Shown: one piece after another, positions 40,434 through 55,590 of the stretch | Layout: every line of letters starts with the position of its first letter | Numbering within the stretch: the first letter of the stretch is position 1 | DNA from: Eledone cirrhosa | Taxonomy: Eukaryota | Direction: 5' to 3' | NCBI GenBank assembly: GCA_964016885.1 | Contig: OZ024746.1 | Coordinates: forward strand, 98,270,001 to 98,334,000 | DNA: 64,000 bases | Notes under the pieces: generated by a model | Database searches by the model: none | What the model was told of the DNA's origin: nothing | What the model saw: only the letters and a program-made list of their open reading frames with translations | Program-made: the position numbers and the translations under genes

Positions 40434-40854
40434 TTTTATGCTAGAACACTATTCAATGCTCAACAGTAAATTCCTCCAATTCAAAAACTTAGTTATATCT
40501 ATGTAATTGCCTAAAAATCTTGAAATACATGCTGTGTTCTAACATAACAATATATTAAGATTGAAGGTAAGAGTTAATTTCTAATTTGCAGATGTTGCAC
40601 ATTTGTAATATAGACACAGGCCAGACAAACGAGAGCAAATCTAGGAACAAATCAAAAATAGTAAAAAGGGAAAGAAATCAATAACGGTAAACCAAGCTAT
40701 TAGTTCTCAAATAGCTTTTATCTCAAGCATGTATATCAATTAAGAATTTTACAAATGTTTTCTTTCCTTCGCAAAATCTTTTATTATTTTAAATAGATAT
40801 TTCTTTAATGGACCCAGTCAGATGTTTTATATATATATATATATATATTTCTGA

Positions 40855-40893
<39 letters not shown>

Positions 40894-40894
40894 T

Positions 40895-41005
<111 letters not shown>

Positions 41006-41055
41006 ATATATATGTATACATATATATTTCTGTATATACATACATACATACACAC

Positions 41056-41099
<44 letters not shown>

Positions 41100-41244
41100 C
41101 ATATACATGTCCCCACCCCCACCCCCACCCACCCCCCAAAAAATGTATACACACTTTCATTACCTCCTCGGGCAATATTTATTAGAATTCAGTTGAAGTG
41201 TATATACATTTTTAGTGACACTTTGTATATATACATACACATAT

Positions 41245-41291
<47 letters not shown>

Positions 41292-41818
41292 TACAATAAC
41301 ATTAGTTTATTTTACTTACGGAATAAATTTCCCAATCGTATTCTTCTGAGAACCCTTGTCTAATTTTTAGAATACTTCTGATGCATTGAAACGTTTAAGC
41401 TTTTATACTTAAGTTGTATATTTTCTTGATAACAAAAAACTTCTTCAAGTCAAATAGTGAGTGTTTACGTGGGGTATGTGTGAGGGAAAGGAGGGGTATG
41501 TGTGAGGGAAAGGAGGGGTATGTGTGAGGGGAAGGGTAAATGGTGTATGAGAGTAAGTGGGTGCGAGGGTGGGTCTGGGGATGGGTGACAGAATAATACG
41601 TGTTTGAGAAGTTTAAGGTGTGTGTAAGAAAGCATGAGTGTGTATGTGAATATGAGTGTGTAATCGGGAGTGTAGGAATTTATTGCAGAGATGGACATTG
41701 GTGGAGGGAGAATCCGTTTCAGCCAGCGTTTGCTTCAAACAATCGTACTGTTACTTGGAATATGAAATGTATCTGTATATGCTGCAACACTGACCTCGAC
41801 CCTACTTAATCTATCTAT

Positions 41819-42175
<357 letters not shown>

Positions 42176-42247
42176 ATATATATATATATATATATATAGT
42201 GGTAGAACACTGGAAGGTAATATCCGTAGTGGTAGAGCACTCAGTCC

Positions 42248-43054
42248 ATGGGACTCAATAACATTCCCAAGGACTCATGCCACCCTCCCACTGTTTTTAG
42301 AAACTTCGTAAATAATATCAGTATTAGAATCTCAAACCTCTCCTCTAATAAGGCTATCTTTGACAGGGCGGCACCCTACTATAACACGGCGTTAGCTAAC
42401 AGCGGCTTCTTGCAACCTTTCACTTACTCTCACACTATCAACAACAGCAATAAGAAAAGAAAGCGTAATAATAGACAAACTATCTCGTTCTCTCCTCCCT
42501 TCTCACTCAACGTTAAAACCAATGTAGGCAAAAAATGTCTAGCCCTCTTAGATAGACACTTTCCCATAGGTCATAAATACCGCTCCATCTTTAACCGACA
42601 TGAAGTAAAACTAGGTTACTCCTGCGCTAAGAACATGAAGGCCCACATCACCAACAGCCCTAAGAGCAACACGCCACCAAGGTGCTCTTGCCGTAAGCAC
42701 GAAGCTTGTCCCCTTCAACAGCAATGCAACACACCCGCTGTAATTTATGAAGCTGTGGTCACTTCCAACCGACCAAATCAACCACATGAGGTCAAATCCT
42801 ATGTGGGTATGGCGGAGGTCCGATTTAAGGAACGCTTCCTGAACCACCAATCGACCTTTAGGTACCCGGACAGACGTTCATCCACGAAACTCGGGAGCCA
42901 CGTATGGTCCCTGAAGGACTCAAGTATAGACTACTCCATTCAATGGAAAGCCATCACTAAGTCCAAGCCATACGCAAGGGGAAATCCGTCGTGTGGACTA
43001 TGTATTGATGTACGAATAAATATTCTAAAGAGATTATGCATAGTTATTGCCTAA
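42248..43054 (+). pseudogene. PLE ORF C-terminal part (post-RT linker plus GIY-YIG endonuclease)
   Basis: 268-aa open frame with GIY-YIG-type VIY..YVG..F.ER..NH and C/H linker motifs. It lacks the RT core. Confidence 0.85.
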
Positions 43055-43296
43055 ACACGAGAATTGAATTCTTCACACGTTGTCCACACGTCTCGAAACA
43101 CCTCTTACATAACTACAAAGCTCCGGATTGAATCACAACATCCTAATTTTCCGATCAACTAGAAACTTTCGGACTTTCGCAGTTATCTCCCTTTCACCTC
43201 TCGCACGCTTTTTAGTATTGCCTGTATGAATTGACGGTTTCTGCGCATGCACGTTCGTACGGTTGTCCTTCCTGTTCCGTATAACCATGTCCATTA

Positions 43297-43334
43297 CGAG
43301 CTGAGGATCCGCTAAGGTGAAACAATTGTTCTCG
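43297..43334 (+). ncRNA. Minimal type I hammerhead ribozyme
   Basis: Identical to 35605-35642. Confidence 0.8.
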
Positions 43335-43429
43335 GTATGGTGAACTAACTGTTGTGTAACCACTTCTACCTAACTCGTCCCATGGACTGAGTGATCTACC
43401 ACTACGGATATTACCTTCCAGTGTTCTAC

Positions 43430-43485
<56 letters not shown>

Positions 43486-43488
<3 letters not shown>

Positions 43489-44030
43489 TTGTCATACACT
43501 TTGTTTTGGAGATGTTGGTGTGTAAGCCAGCCTCCAGCAAACGTGTGGCCAGTACATTCAGAAAGTCTTGTAGATCAGTTCTAGAGTAACTCATGATGGC
43601 CAGATCGTCTGCATAGTTAAGATTTGATAGGATTTTACCCCCTATTTGATAGTCAGAGGAGCATTCTTCTTCAGTTTGGTAAATAAGTGCAGCTATAACT
43701 ATACAGAAAAGAAGGGCTGATAGTACATCCCCCTGCTTAACTCCCTTCAAGATGTCTATACAGCATGTAGTTCCCAAATCTGTTTTGATGTATGCTATTG
43801 AGTTGGTGTAAGTTTCTTTCAGTAGGTTGAGGTATTTTTTGTTAACTGAGGTCTTGTTTAAGAGTTGCCGCATGCTGTCAAAAGCTTTTGTGAAGTTAAT
43901 GAAGGTGATGTGCACAGGGTTGTTGAATTCTATTGATTTCTCAATGATTTTTTCAATAGCTAGGATCTGCTCAATAGTATCTCTTCCAGGTTGATACGCA
44001 GCTTCTGTTGATACTGATGGAAAGTTTGTA
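43486..44030 (-). mobile_element. RTE-like LINE RT fragment
   Basis: FINFTKAFDS, KGVKQGDVLSALLF, LNYADDL and NISKTKCM motifs. An opposite-strand downstream piece lies at 44177-44320. Confidence 0.88.
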
Positions 44031-45150
44031 AACGTGACTCAGTAAGCTGACAGGACGAGAGTTATCACAATCAAGTCTGCTACCTTTTTTGTAGAGTACA
44101 ACTATTAATGCTTTCTTGAAAATGTCTGGGGTTTTTCTGTAGTGATAATACAGTTTAAAATCTAGTTTTCTATCATTTGAAGGCTAAGATCTTCAATACT
44201 TACATCCTACTAGTTGTGTTATATGGTCTCGATTGGACAAGGTCACTTCAGAAGCTCTCTATATTCCAGAACCACATCATGAGACTTATGACTTGCAAGC
44301 GGCTCAGCGACCTTGTATATATATATATATATATATATACCATTTTTACCATTGTTACCATCGCTTTCCTCTAGCCATGGGGCTTGGAGAGACATGAACT
44401 GAATGCTACCATTTTATTTTATATCAATGTGAACTGCTATTTCTAATAGCCATCTTTTCACCCCTTGATAATTTGTGTGTGAGACACGTTGGCTAAGTGC
44501 TTCTGACGGGAGCTAATAGATTGATTCTTTTTAGCTTCCCGTCCTCACGTAAAATTTGTAAATCAGTGGCTAGTTGAGAGATAGAGTCCTATCGGTTGCC
44601 AGTTAATCGCTTTACCGTGTCGGTTGTCACAAACAGTCATGACCGGCACGGGCTGGTGTTTGGATTACGTCGATCGATTGGTTATTGATTAGGCGATACC
44701 CGCTGATGAAGCAACATAAGCCGATTGTGCAGTGTTGCATAATATATGCAGACAGATGGTGCAGTGCACCTTACTGCTGCATTAGTGCTGCAGAAACTCG
44801 AGTCCGGGGACCTTATAGGCACCCGTTTTACGTGTGTTGTGTTGAGGCAAATACCTATGTGTATACTCTGGTAATGCATCTTACATTGCCCATTGAGTGC
44901 GCTGAGATACAACCGGTACTGGCATTGATAAATATGCTGGGTCCGTCAACCCTTATTATATATGTATATATATATTAAATTGTTAAACAATATTCAATAA
45001 TTATGTCAAAGAATGAGTTTTACAGTAGATTGGAAGCACTCAACGGAAAAATATAATGATTATATTTAGTCTGATGACAACATACTGTTGTACATCCGAA
45101 ATATGTATAATAAAATGTAATTGATCAAAAGTACATCTATTTTATTAATA

Positions 45151-45232
<82 letters not shown>

Positions 45233-45233
<1 letters not shown>

Positions 45234-45371
45234 TAGTCCAGAATTAGCCGTCGAAACGGCTTGAGCTCAGCTGTCGGGGTCTTACTGGTTCCTATTACCC
45301 ACTCTACTACCTCAAGTATTGAGTACTTTGGTGCGTTATGGTCCACCTGGTTCCTTACCACATTTCCTTCG

Positions 45372-45447
<76 letters not shown>

Positions 45448-45840
45448 GTATATGAGTATATATATATATATATATATATATATTTCGTTTCTGAATTTGT
45501 TTAGCAAGATTCTTTATCTGAAAACGTGTGTTGAAACCGATATTGTTATACTTTTGAGGGTCATGTTGCCAATAAGAAACACACGCACCAGTTGCTTTCA
45601 CTTCAATTTATTATAAATTAAATTTATAAATTTAGGAATTGATAAATTTCCGGTTGGTTGGTTCCACAACCAGTTGGTTGTTTATATATTGTCAAAGTTC
45701 TTTCGTCACACATTCTGTGACCACTTCAGTGACTGGGGATTCTTTTCTTTGTTTTTTGTGCCTCTCCTTTGTTCTGTCCTACGCCATCTTCATCTGTCCT
45801 GCGCCATCTTGAAGATGGCGTAGGACAGAACAAAGGAGAT
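45233..45840. mobile_element. PLE pLTR fragments in both orientations separated by (TA)n
   Basis: Homologous to 53920-54260 and about 4700-5040. Contains an HHR motif at 45691-45733 on the minus strand. Confidence 0.65.
45691..45733 (-). ncRNA. Minimal hammerhead motif (A9U variant)
   Basis: gtca-CTGAAGT-g-GTCACA gaatg TGTGAC-GAAA-gaac-TT-tgac. Confidence 0.6.
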
Positions 45841-46249
45841 TTGAACTCAGAATGGCAAGGGCCGTAACTCTATGCGTCAAAGCATGCGTCCGACCCTCTA
45901 CCGATACTGCCAACCCAATATATAATGCGTGTGTATATATCCTTATGTTGAACATATCCCTATATTTCCCGTATTTATATATCTATACTTTTATATCAAT
46001 TTATTTAAATATATTATAGCTGGGAATTTTTGTATAATAATAATCTAATTTTATTTGGCAGAGTAATATATTCTGCAAGAACATATTTTCTCGTTGTATT
46101 GAGAACTATTTATTTGTGTTACATCTGTGTATAGAGGGAATAATTGAATGGCTGATATACGACTCCATTTCTCGGCGAGGTTCTGATTCCCAAACTGTTG
46201 TTATATCTGTATTAAATATATATTAATCTTCTAGACATACACGCGTGCG

Positions 46250-47900
<1,651 letters not shown>

Positions 47901-49029
47901 ATTCTTCGTTTATATATTGCCTTGTACATTATTTATTTTTGTATCCGAATAAATGTGATTTCTGTTTTCAAAATGAAAGCCATTCACACTCCTATAAATT
48001 CTTAATGCGAAAATACTACTTCGTTTAATGTGTTTGACGCAGCTTAGGCGACTTCAACGACAACATTAATCTATGGAATTGCTGCTAAGCTTCTACTTAA
48101 AATTAGAATAGGTCACGTTTTTCTAACTTACATAAGTGTTAGCTAAGTATAAAACAACATAATGCAGAAACATATACGATAGTTAAGTTATAAAAAAACA
48201 ATTTCCATAGAAGCGTATATAAATTTTAATGTCCCTTCTATAAAGAAAATTATGAATACCTTGATGGTATGTATGTAGTTTCAGGGAACTTATAATGGGC
48301 TTAAAGGAATAAGAATTTCCTCGTTGATGCCAAGGAGGTCTCATACTAGATGTTTGCATGAATAGTTTTTCAAACGATTGAAGGTATAATCTACATAAGG
48401 GCTTTCGAAAATATAGCTTTAATGTGTAGCTTCAAGAATTTAAAACATATAACACGACCTTCTTTAAATAAGTTATTCTTGCTTCAGTGATAGTAATGGA
48501 TGGAATTTACCTGGTTGCTTAAGAGAATTTCATTTCGTGTATTTTTTTCCATTCTGAGTTCAAATCCCTTCTGATTACTGAATGTTGAAGAGAGCCGCTG
48601 CTTCCATACTATTCCTTAATGATTTCTGATTTAGGCACAAGGCCAACAATTTTGGGTGGAGAGAAAAGTCGATTAAATCGACCCTAATGCATGTATGTTC
48701 TTCTGGTTTTATAATTTCACAAATGTTTGACAATAGAGAGAGAGTCAGTTTCTAACATAGACACAAGACTCTCTCATTGGAATTTACACAACATCAACTA
48801 GGTAGATATGTATGCATGTCTTAAGGCATGCATGTGTGTGCTGGTATGGATGTTATTGTATGCGTGGATGTGGATGTTTTGAGTTATATGTGTGCATGTG
48901 TATATGCTTTGTATCTGTACATGTGTATATGCAGTTATTAAATGCAAAATGTTTGGAATGTTTTACATATTTTTACTGTTCCATTAATGGATTCATCATC
49001 ATCATCATCGTTTAACGCCCATGATGATG

Positions 49030-49512
49030 ATGATGATTGTACTTCTAATTTCCTAACTAGTCGTGTTCTTTCTGATCCCGTGAAGCCCAGCTTCTCAAGA
49101 TTTGTATTGAGGCACTTACTAACATATCCCAGTGCCCCAATAATCAAAGCATAAATCTGAAGGTGTAATCAGGGTGGAGTATCTGCAGATTTCTCATGAG
49201 TTCTGCATAAATATTCTCCTCTTCGCTAATCTTTGATATTATATTGGCATCCGCTGGGCAGCTAACCTCCACTACTGTGCATGCCTTCTTTTCCTTGTCC
49301 CATATCATAATATCTGGTCTGTTATGCCTGCATTTTATTGGGGTTTTTACTGGAACATTCCACCAGTACTCTTTCATATTATGTATATGTATGTCTTCCA
49401 CATTGCTGTAGCTTTTAATGTGTTTATTATCGGGGCTATCTTTTCTACGGATTGCATTGTACAGTGTTTTGGCCACTACATCATGCCTCTTAGGTAGATA
49501 GTACCACGATGG
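49030..49512 (-). mobile_element. R4/Dong-like restriction-like endonuclease 3' fragment
   Basis: RHDVVAK..HNRPDIMIWD..VEVSCP..IIGALG, ending at (TCA)n. Confidence 0.85.
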
Positions 49513-49994
49513 CAGCTGCTTATGTATGTATGTATGTCAGGTCGCTCTTGAGGGCTACTGGTATCATGTAACCCAGTACTACCTGTCTCATGGTCGAGTC
49601 GTCGGCGACTAAACCGGCAACCCCACCAAGCTTGCTTGGTGAGGAGGGTGATATTTGGACACCCTGCGGGATGAAATTACAAGACCCGCCAAAGGGTGGA
49701 GGAAAACAGCAGAGTCAACGGCCATCCAAATAATACTATTATTTTCACCTGGAAGTGAAAGGCCCGCAGTTGTTGTCACAAAACCTTTCTAGGAGAGGGA
49801 AATTCTGAATAAAAATTTGCGGCTTCGGAAGCATCTGATGATGTTGACCAGTTCTCCTTTTCGGGTAGTGTTTTCGATGATCAGAGAGTGGGATTGTTCG
49901 AGTGCAAGGCCTTTCCCAACTTAAAAAACCTTCAAAGCACAGGCATTGCTTGTTCAGGATCTGTCACAGGTTCGTGTGGCTGCCCGTAGCCTAA

Positions 49995-50237
49995 ACGGAA
50001 GGCATGCCGGACAGAAAGAGAGTGGTCGTTTGGACCCTGGAAGGTGGTGGTGTTGGTGATGTGGGGGCAGGTGTGGCAGCGACGTCTGGAATAGAGAACG
50101 GAACCGGGGAGGACGTGGGTTGGGGGGTAGGAGGCTGCGGACGAAGAGAGAGTTGAGGCTGCGCGCGCGTTTTGATGGGTGGACGTTAAGTCGTTAGGAA
50201 GCCTCGACAATGCAGATGGGTAAATCTCCGGGTAACA

Positions 50238-50240
<3 letters not shown>
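49995..50240 (-). mobile_element. PLE linker fragment
   Basis: RRCHTCPHITNTTTFQGP resembles the Cys-rich linker before GIY-YIG. Confidence 0.55.
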
Positions 50241-50281
<41 letters not shown>

Positions 50282-50297
50282 TAAAATAACAGATTAA

Positions 50298-50348
50298 AGT
50301 TTAAGCAAAGAATCGCTGCTTTCACCCTTAACGGGATCTTCTGAAACT
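50298..50348 (-). ncRNA. Type I hammerhead-like motif, CAGAAGA core variant
   Basis: Reverse complement of 52047-52097. Confidence 0.6.
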
Positions 50349-51719
50349 AACAAAGTCAATCTGTAAACGCAGAACTGGATATTTCAAAAAACGTTGCAAC
50401 CGGAGGAAGACAGAAAGACGATACTTTGGTTCGTGGTAACGTTCGCTGGCAAAGAACGGGAAAAAACGAATAATACGTCATTAATAGGAGCGGTGAAAAA
50501 CAATTACGCGCAAAGACAAAACCACGTTTATGGTATAAAAGAGGTCGTAGACTAATGTTCTCTTAGGTGGTTCATAGAGAGGTTCTCTGGCAATGAACGA
50601 AAAAACGAAGATAATAAGTCATATGTGGAGCGTGGAGAACAATAGCACGTAAAGACAAAACCACGTAAATGGTATAGCAGAAATCGTAGACTAAAATTCT
50701 AACTAGGAGACCAAATGAATCTCCGCTACAGAGTTAAGAACAAAGTAAATAAATACAATACAGAAGTAATAGAAACAAATAAATACATACACGCGAACAG
50801 ATACGTACATACACAAGCATACGCAAAACCTTACCATGGGTATACAAAACCACGCACATATAAATATGTGTGTGTATATGCTTGTGTACAAATAAATAAA
50901 TAATTATATAAACGTATATAAGTAAATAAATACGTATATAACAGGCGCACACGCATACCTACATATAAATACACGAATGTTCGGAGACGTAAGTCAACTA
51001 AAACAAGAAGTACACATATACACACACCCACCATACGTACGAACCTGCACACTCACGCGGACGCAAAACTCCCGTATACACATAGCCAAACCCTAAATAC
51101 CAAAATATGTAAAAATTATACGCTATAACAGTCAAATATACGTACGAGAAGGTATACATACCTTCACAAAACATACGGGTAATATATACTTACCTATGCA
51201 AATAAGTAAAGGAATAAACAAAACATATACTTAGCTCCCACATCAAGACGTGTGCGCCTGTTATATACGTATTTATTTACTTATATACGTTTATATAATT
51301 ATTTATTTATTTGTACACAAGCATACACACACACATATTTATATGTGCGTGGTTTTGTATACCCATGGTAAGGTTTTGCGTATGCTTGTGTATGTACGTA
51401 TCTGTTCGCGTGTATGTATTTATTTGTTTCTATTACTTCTGTATTGTATTTATTTACTTTGTTCTTAACTCTGTAGCGGAGATTCATTTGGTCTCCTAGT
51501 TAGAATTTTAGTCTACGATTTCTGCTATACCATTTACGTGGTTTTGTCTTTGCGTGCTATTGTTCTCCACGTTCCACATATGACTTATTATCTTCGTTTT
51601 TTCGTTCATTGCCAGAGAACGTCTCTATGCACCACCTAAGAGAACATTAGTCTACGACCTCTTTTATACCATAAACGTGGTTTTGTCTTTGCGCGTAATT
51701 GTTTTTCACCGCTCCTATT

Positions 51720-51906
51720 AATTGTTTCTACTTTAGGCACAAGGCCAGCAATTACCCAGTGCATTACTGGTACTTTATTTTATCGACCCCCGTAAGGATG
51801 AAAGGCAAAGTCAACCCCGGCGGGATTTGAACTTAGATCGTAAAGGGACGTAACTATGCTGGAAAGCATGGCGTCCGACCCTCTACCGATACTGCCAATC
51901 CACCGC
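51720..51906 (-). mobile_element. SINE family A inserted into one arm, with TSD
   Basis: CACCGCTCCTATTAAT at 51707-51722 and 51901-51916. The SINE is absent from the other copies. Confidence 0.92.
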
Positions 51907-52046
51907 TCCTATTAATGACGTTTATTCGTTTTTTCCTGTTCTTTGCCAGCGAACGTTACCACGAACCAAAGTATCGTCTTCCTGTCTTCCTCCGGTTGCA
52001 ACGTTTTTTTAAATATCCAGTTCTGCGTTTACAGATTGACTTTGTT

Positions 52047-52097
52047 AGTTTCAGAAGATCCCGTTAAGGGTGAAAGCAGCGATTCTTTGCTTAAACT
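52047..52097 (+). ncRNA. Type I hammerhead-like motif, CAGAAGA core variant
   Basis: agttt-CAGAAGA-t-CCC gttaa GGG-t-GAAA-GCAG cgattct TTGC-TT-aaact. Confidence 0.62.
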
Positions 52098-52203
52098 TTA
52101 ATCCGTTATTTTAATAAATATTTGCTCTACGGTTCTTATATATTTGACATATATTTTCCTTATCGAGCCCTCTTTGGATTTTAGTCTTCAATTTTATTAT
52201 TAT

Positions 52204-52353
<150 letters not shown>

Positions 52354-52419
52354 TATATATATATAATATATATATATAATATATTATATATATATATATT
52401 TATTAAATTAACAGATTAA

Positions 52420-52470
52420 AGTTTAAGCAAAGAATCGCTGCTTTCACCCTTAACGGGATCTTCTGAAACT
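52420..52470 (-). ncRNA. Type I hammerhead-like motif, CAGAAGA core variant
   Basis: Identical motif on the reverse strand. Confidence 0.6.
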
Positions 52471-52955
52471 AACAAAGTCAATGCTTGTGTATGTACGTAT
52501 TTGTTTGCGTGTATGTATTTATTTATTTCTATTACTTCTGTATTGTATTTATTTACTTTGTTCTTAACTCTGTAGCGGAGATTCATTCGGTCTCCTAGTT
52601 AGAATTTTAGTCTACGACTTCTGCTATACCATTTACGTGGTTTTGCCTTTGCGTGCTATTGTTCTCCATGACCCACATATCACGTATTATCTTCGTTTTT
52701 TTCGTTCATTGCCAGAGAACGTCTCTATGCACCACCTAAGAGAACATTAGTCTACGACCTCTTTTATACCATAAACGTGGTTCTGTCTTTGCGTGTAATT
52801 GTTTTTCACCACTCCTATTAATGACGTATCTTATTCGTTTTTTCCCGTTCTTTGCCAGCGAACGTTACCACGAACCAAAGTATCGTCTTCCTGTCTTCCT
52901 CCGGTTGCAACATTTTTTGAAATATCCACTTCTGCGTTTACAGATTGACTTTGTT

Positions 52956-53006
52956 AGTTTCAGAAGATCCCGTTAAGGGTGAAAGCAGCGATTCTTTGCT
53001 TAAACT
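52956..53006 (+). ncRNA. Type I hammerhead-like motif, CAGAAGA core variant
   Basis: Identical to 52047-52097. Confidence 0.6.
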
Positions 53007-53121
53007 TTAATCTGTTATTTTAATAAATATTTGCTCTACGGTTCTTATATATTTGATATATATTTATCCTTATCGAGCCCTCTTTGGATTTTAGTCTTCA
53101 AATTTATTATTATTAATATAT

Positions 53122-53168
<47 letters not shown>

Positions 53169-53199
53169 TTTTAGTGTATATAACATGAATGACAATAAA

Positions 53200-53572
53200 A
53201 TAATTGTTTCTACTATAAGCACAAGACCAGCAATTTGAAGGGGAGTGGAAAGTCGATTAAATCGACCCCAGTGCATTACTGGTACTTTATTTTATCGATC
53301 CCGTAAGGATGAAAGGCTAAGCTAACCTTGGCACGATCTGAACTCAGAACGTAAAGGACCATAACTCTATGCAGCAAAGGATGTTGTCCGGCGTTCTACC
53401 CTGCCAATCCACCGCCCAATCAAATAATTGTTTCTACTTTTGGCACAAGGCCAGCAATTACCCAGTGTATTACTGGTACTTTATTTTATCGACCCCGTAA
53501 GGATGAAAGACAAAGTTAACCTCGGCGGGATTTGAACTCAGATCGTAAAGGGACGTAACTATGCTGGACCGC
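53200..53572 (-). mobile_element. Two tandem SINE family A copies
   Basis: Copies at 53200-53417 and 53424-53568. The direct repeat CCGCCCAATCAAATAAT flanks the second. Confidence 0.85.
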
Positions 53573-53654
53573 CCAATCAAATAATATTAACGGAAATACA
53601 CCAGCATTTTTTATCCTAATTTTTTTTCAATGATTTTGTTTTTTGTAGTCACAT

Positions 53655-53770
53655 CCACCCAGTTTAGAATATATATGTCTGCCACAACCCAGTTTAGAAT
53701 ATGTCTGCCACAACCCAGTTTAGAATATATATGTCTGCCACATCCAGCCAGTTTAGAATATGTCTGCCAG
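53655..53770. repeat. 26-31 bp tandem repeat CCAGTTTAGAATAT(ATAT)GTCTGCCACA x4
   Basis: Direct reading. Confidence 0.85.
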
Positions 53771-54332
53771 TGGCCGTAAGAAACTGCCTTTACAAGTCAA
53801 AATATATTTTGTCAACATGATATATAGTTTCAATGTATTTCTCTCATCGTTTTGTTTGATCTTCAAAACATTCTACCATATTGTAATTTAAATAGCTTTG
53901 TAAATATTAATATTTATATATTTCGTTTCTGAATTTGTTTAGCAAGATTCTTTATCTGAAAACGTGTGTTGAAACCGATATTGTTATACTTTGGGGGGAG
54001 GGGGTCATGTTGGCAACATGACCCTCCCAAACTATAACAATATTTATATATATATATATATATAACGAAGGAGTTGTGGTAAGGAACCAGATGGACCATA
54101 ACGCACCAGAGCACCAGAGTACTCAATACTTAGAGTAGTAGAGTGGGTAATAGAAGAAAGTAAGAACCCGACGGCAAAGCTCAAGCCGTTTCGACGGCTA
54201 TTTCTGAACTGAAATAGCCGTCGAAACAGCTTGAGCTCTGCCGTCGGAGTCATACTTTCTCCTATATATATACATATATATATGTGTGTGTATATATATG
54301 TGTATATATATATATATGTATATATATATGTG

Positions 54333-54413
<81 letters not shown>

Positions 54414-54426
54414 GTATATATATATG

Positions 54427-54457
<31 letters not shown>

Positions 54458-54478
54458 GTATATATATATATGTGTATA

Positions 54479-54533
<55 letters not shown>

Positions 54534-54577
54534 GTGTATATATATGTGTATATATATGTATATATATGTATATACAA

Positions 54578-54642
<65 letters not shown>

Positions 54643-54993
54643 ATATATATATATATAACTTTTCTGCCGTTAGACATTGACAATATTTTCTTTATACATT
54701 TCTTCTGTTTTGTGCTAGGTAATATACCACAAAGCATATTATTCCTGGTTCTATGAAACATTTGTTTTGTATCTAGTTCTATAATAAAGTGGAACATGCA
54801 ACTACTTGTCATTTGTATGTTGTATAGTCTTTTATATTCTGTATTCTTCATTCTATCGTATAATACATGCTTACCATACAGAGAGATGGGGAGGGCGAGA
54901 GAGATGGACGCATTGACAGTGGGAGTTCGGCTCTTCCACGTTCGGACTATATCCTTGTGCTTGTGTTTAATGTAGTCGTGCATTACGTACGTG

Positions 54994-55272
54994 CAAGGGC
55001 CTTGTTTCAGGGGGGGGGGGGGTACCAGGGGACAAGTCCTCCCACCTTTTTCAAACGTCTATATTTTATTTTTTGCTTATTTGATATAAATTCTTTTTAA
55101 GCTTATTTTTTTACATCTCAGAACTTCATTTGAATACATAAAATCTAATTAGCGTAAAATGTTACTTATGTTATAGGGTCCGGGAAAGGCACCATAAACA
55201 ATTTATGCTCCTTTATGAATCAACAAATGTTGGTTTGTCCCCTCAACATTTTTAAGGCAAACGAGGCCCCTG
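54994..55272. mobile_element. hAT-type MITE
   Basis: TIRs CAAGGGCCTTGTTT and AAACGAGGCCCCTG, with 8-bp TSD CGTACGTG/CATACGTG. Confidence 0.78.
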
Positions 55273-55590
55273 CATACGTGGGTCATTTCCCACTTATATT
55301 CCACCCTTAAAGGATTATATTACAATGACCGCTCTACAGTTATCACTTTGTCTTACTTTCAGAGTGTATTTATGTACATTTTTTCTTTTAACTTTGATTG
55401 TGTACCTAATTGTGTATGGTTAGCTATACGTCTAGTCAATTTCTACGGGCTATTAGAAATACTAGGTAAATCTTCTGTGGCTTTAGATCGCGGATAAAAT
55501 AGCTATCGTTTAGTTACCTATTGTTTCTTCATAGGTACATTTTAAACTTAATGTGGATATAAGTTGTAACGATGAAAGAATGGTATTTAA

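Larger units (their letters stand above)
42197..43433 (+). mobile_element. Penelope-like element: inverted pLTR end, 5'-truncated ORF (GIY-YIG), pLTR with HHR, inserted in (TA)n
   Basis: About 57-bp terminal inverted repeats (42197-42254 and 43377-43433). ORF 42248-43054 reads CSCR..CPL..VIYEAVV..YVGMAEVRFKERFLNH. Confidence 0.93.

Noticed and set aside
45070-45105. CTGATGA...GAAA hammerhead
   Set aside because: Stem II is not adjacent to GAAA and stems I and III do not form.
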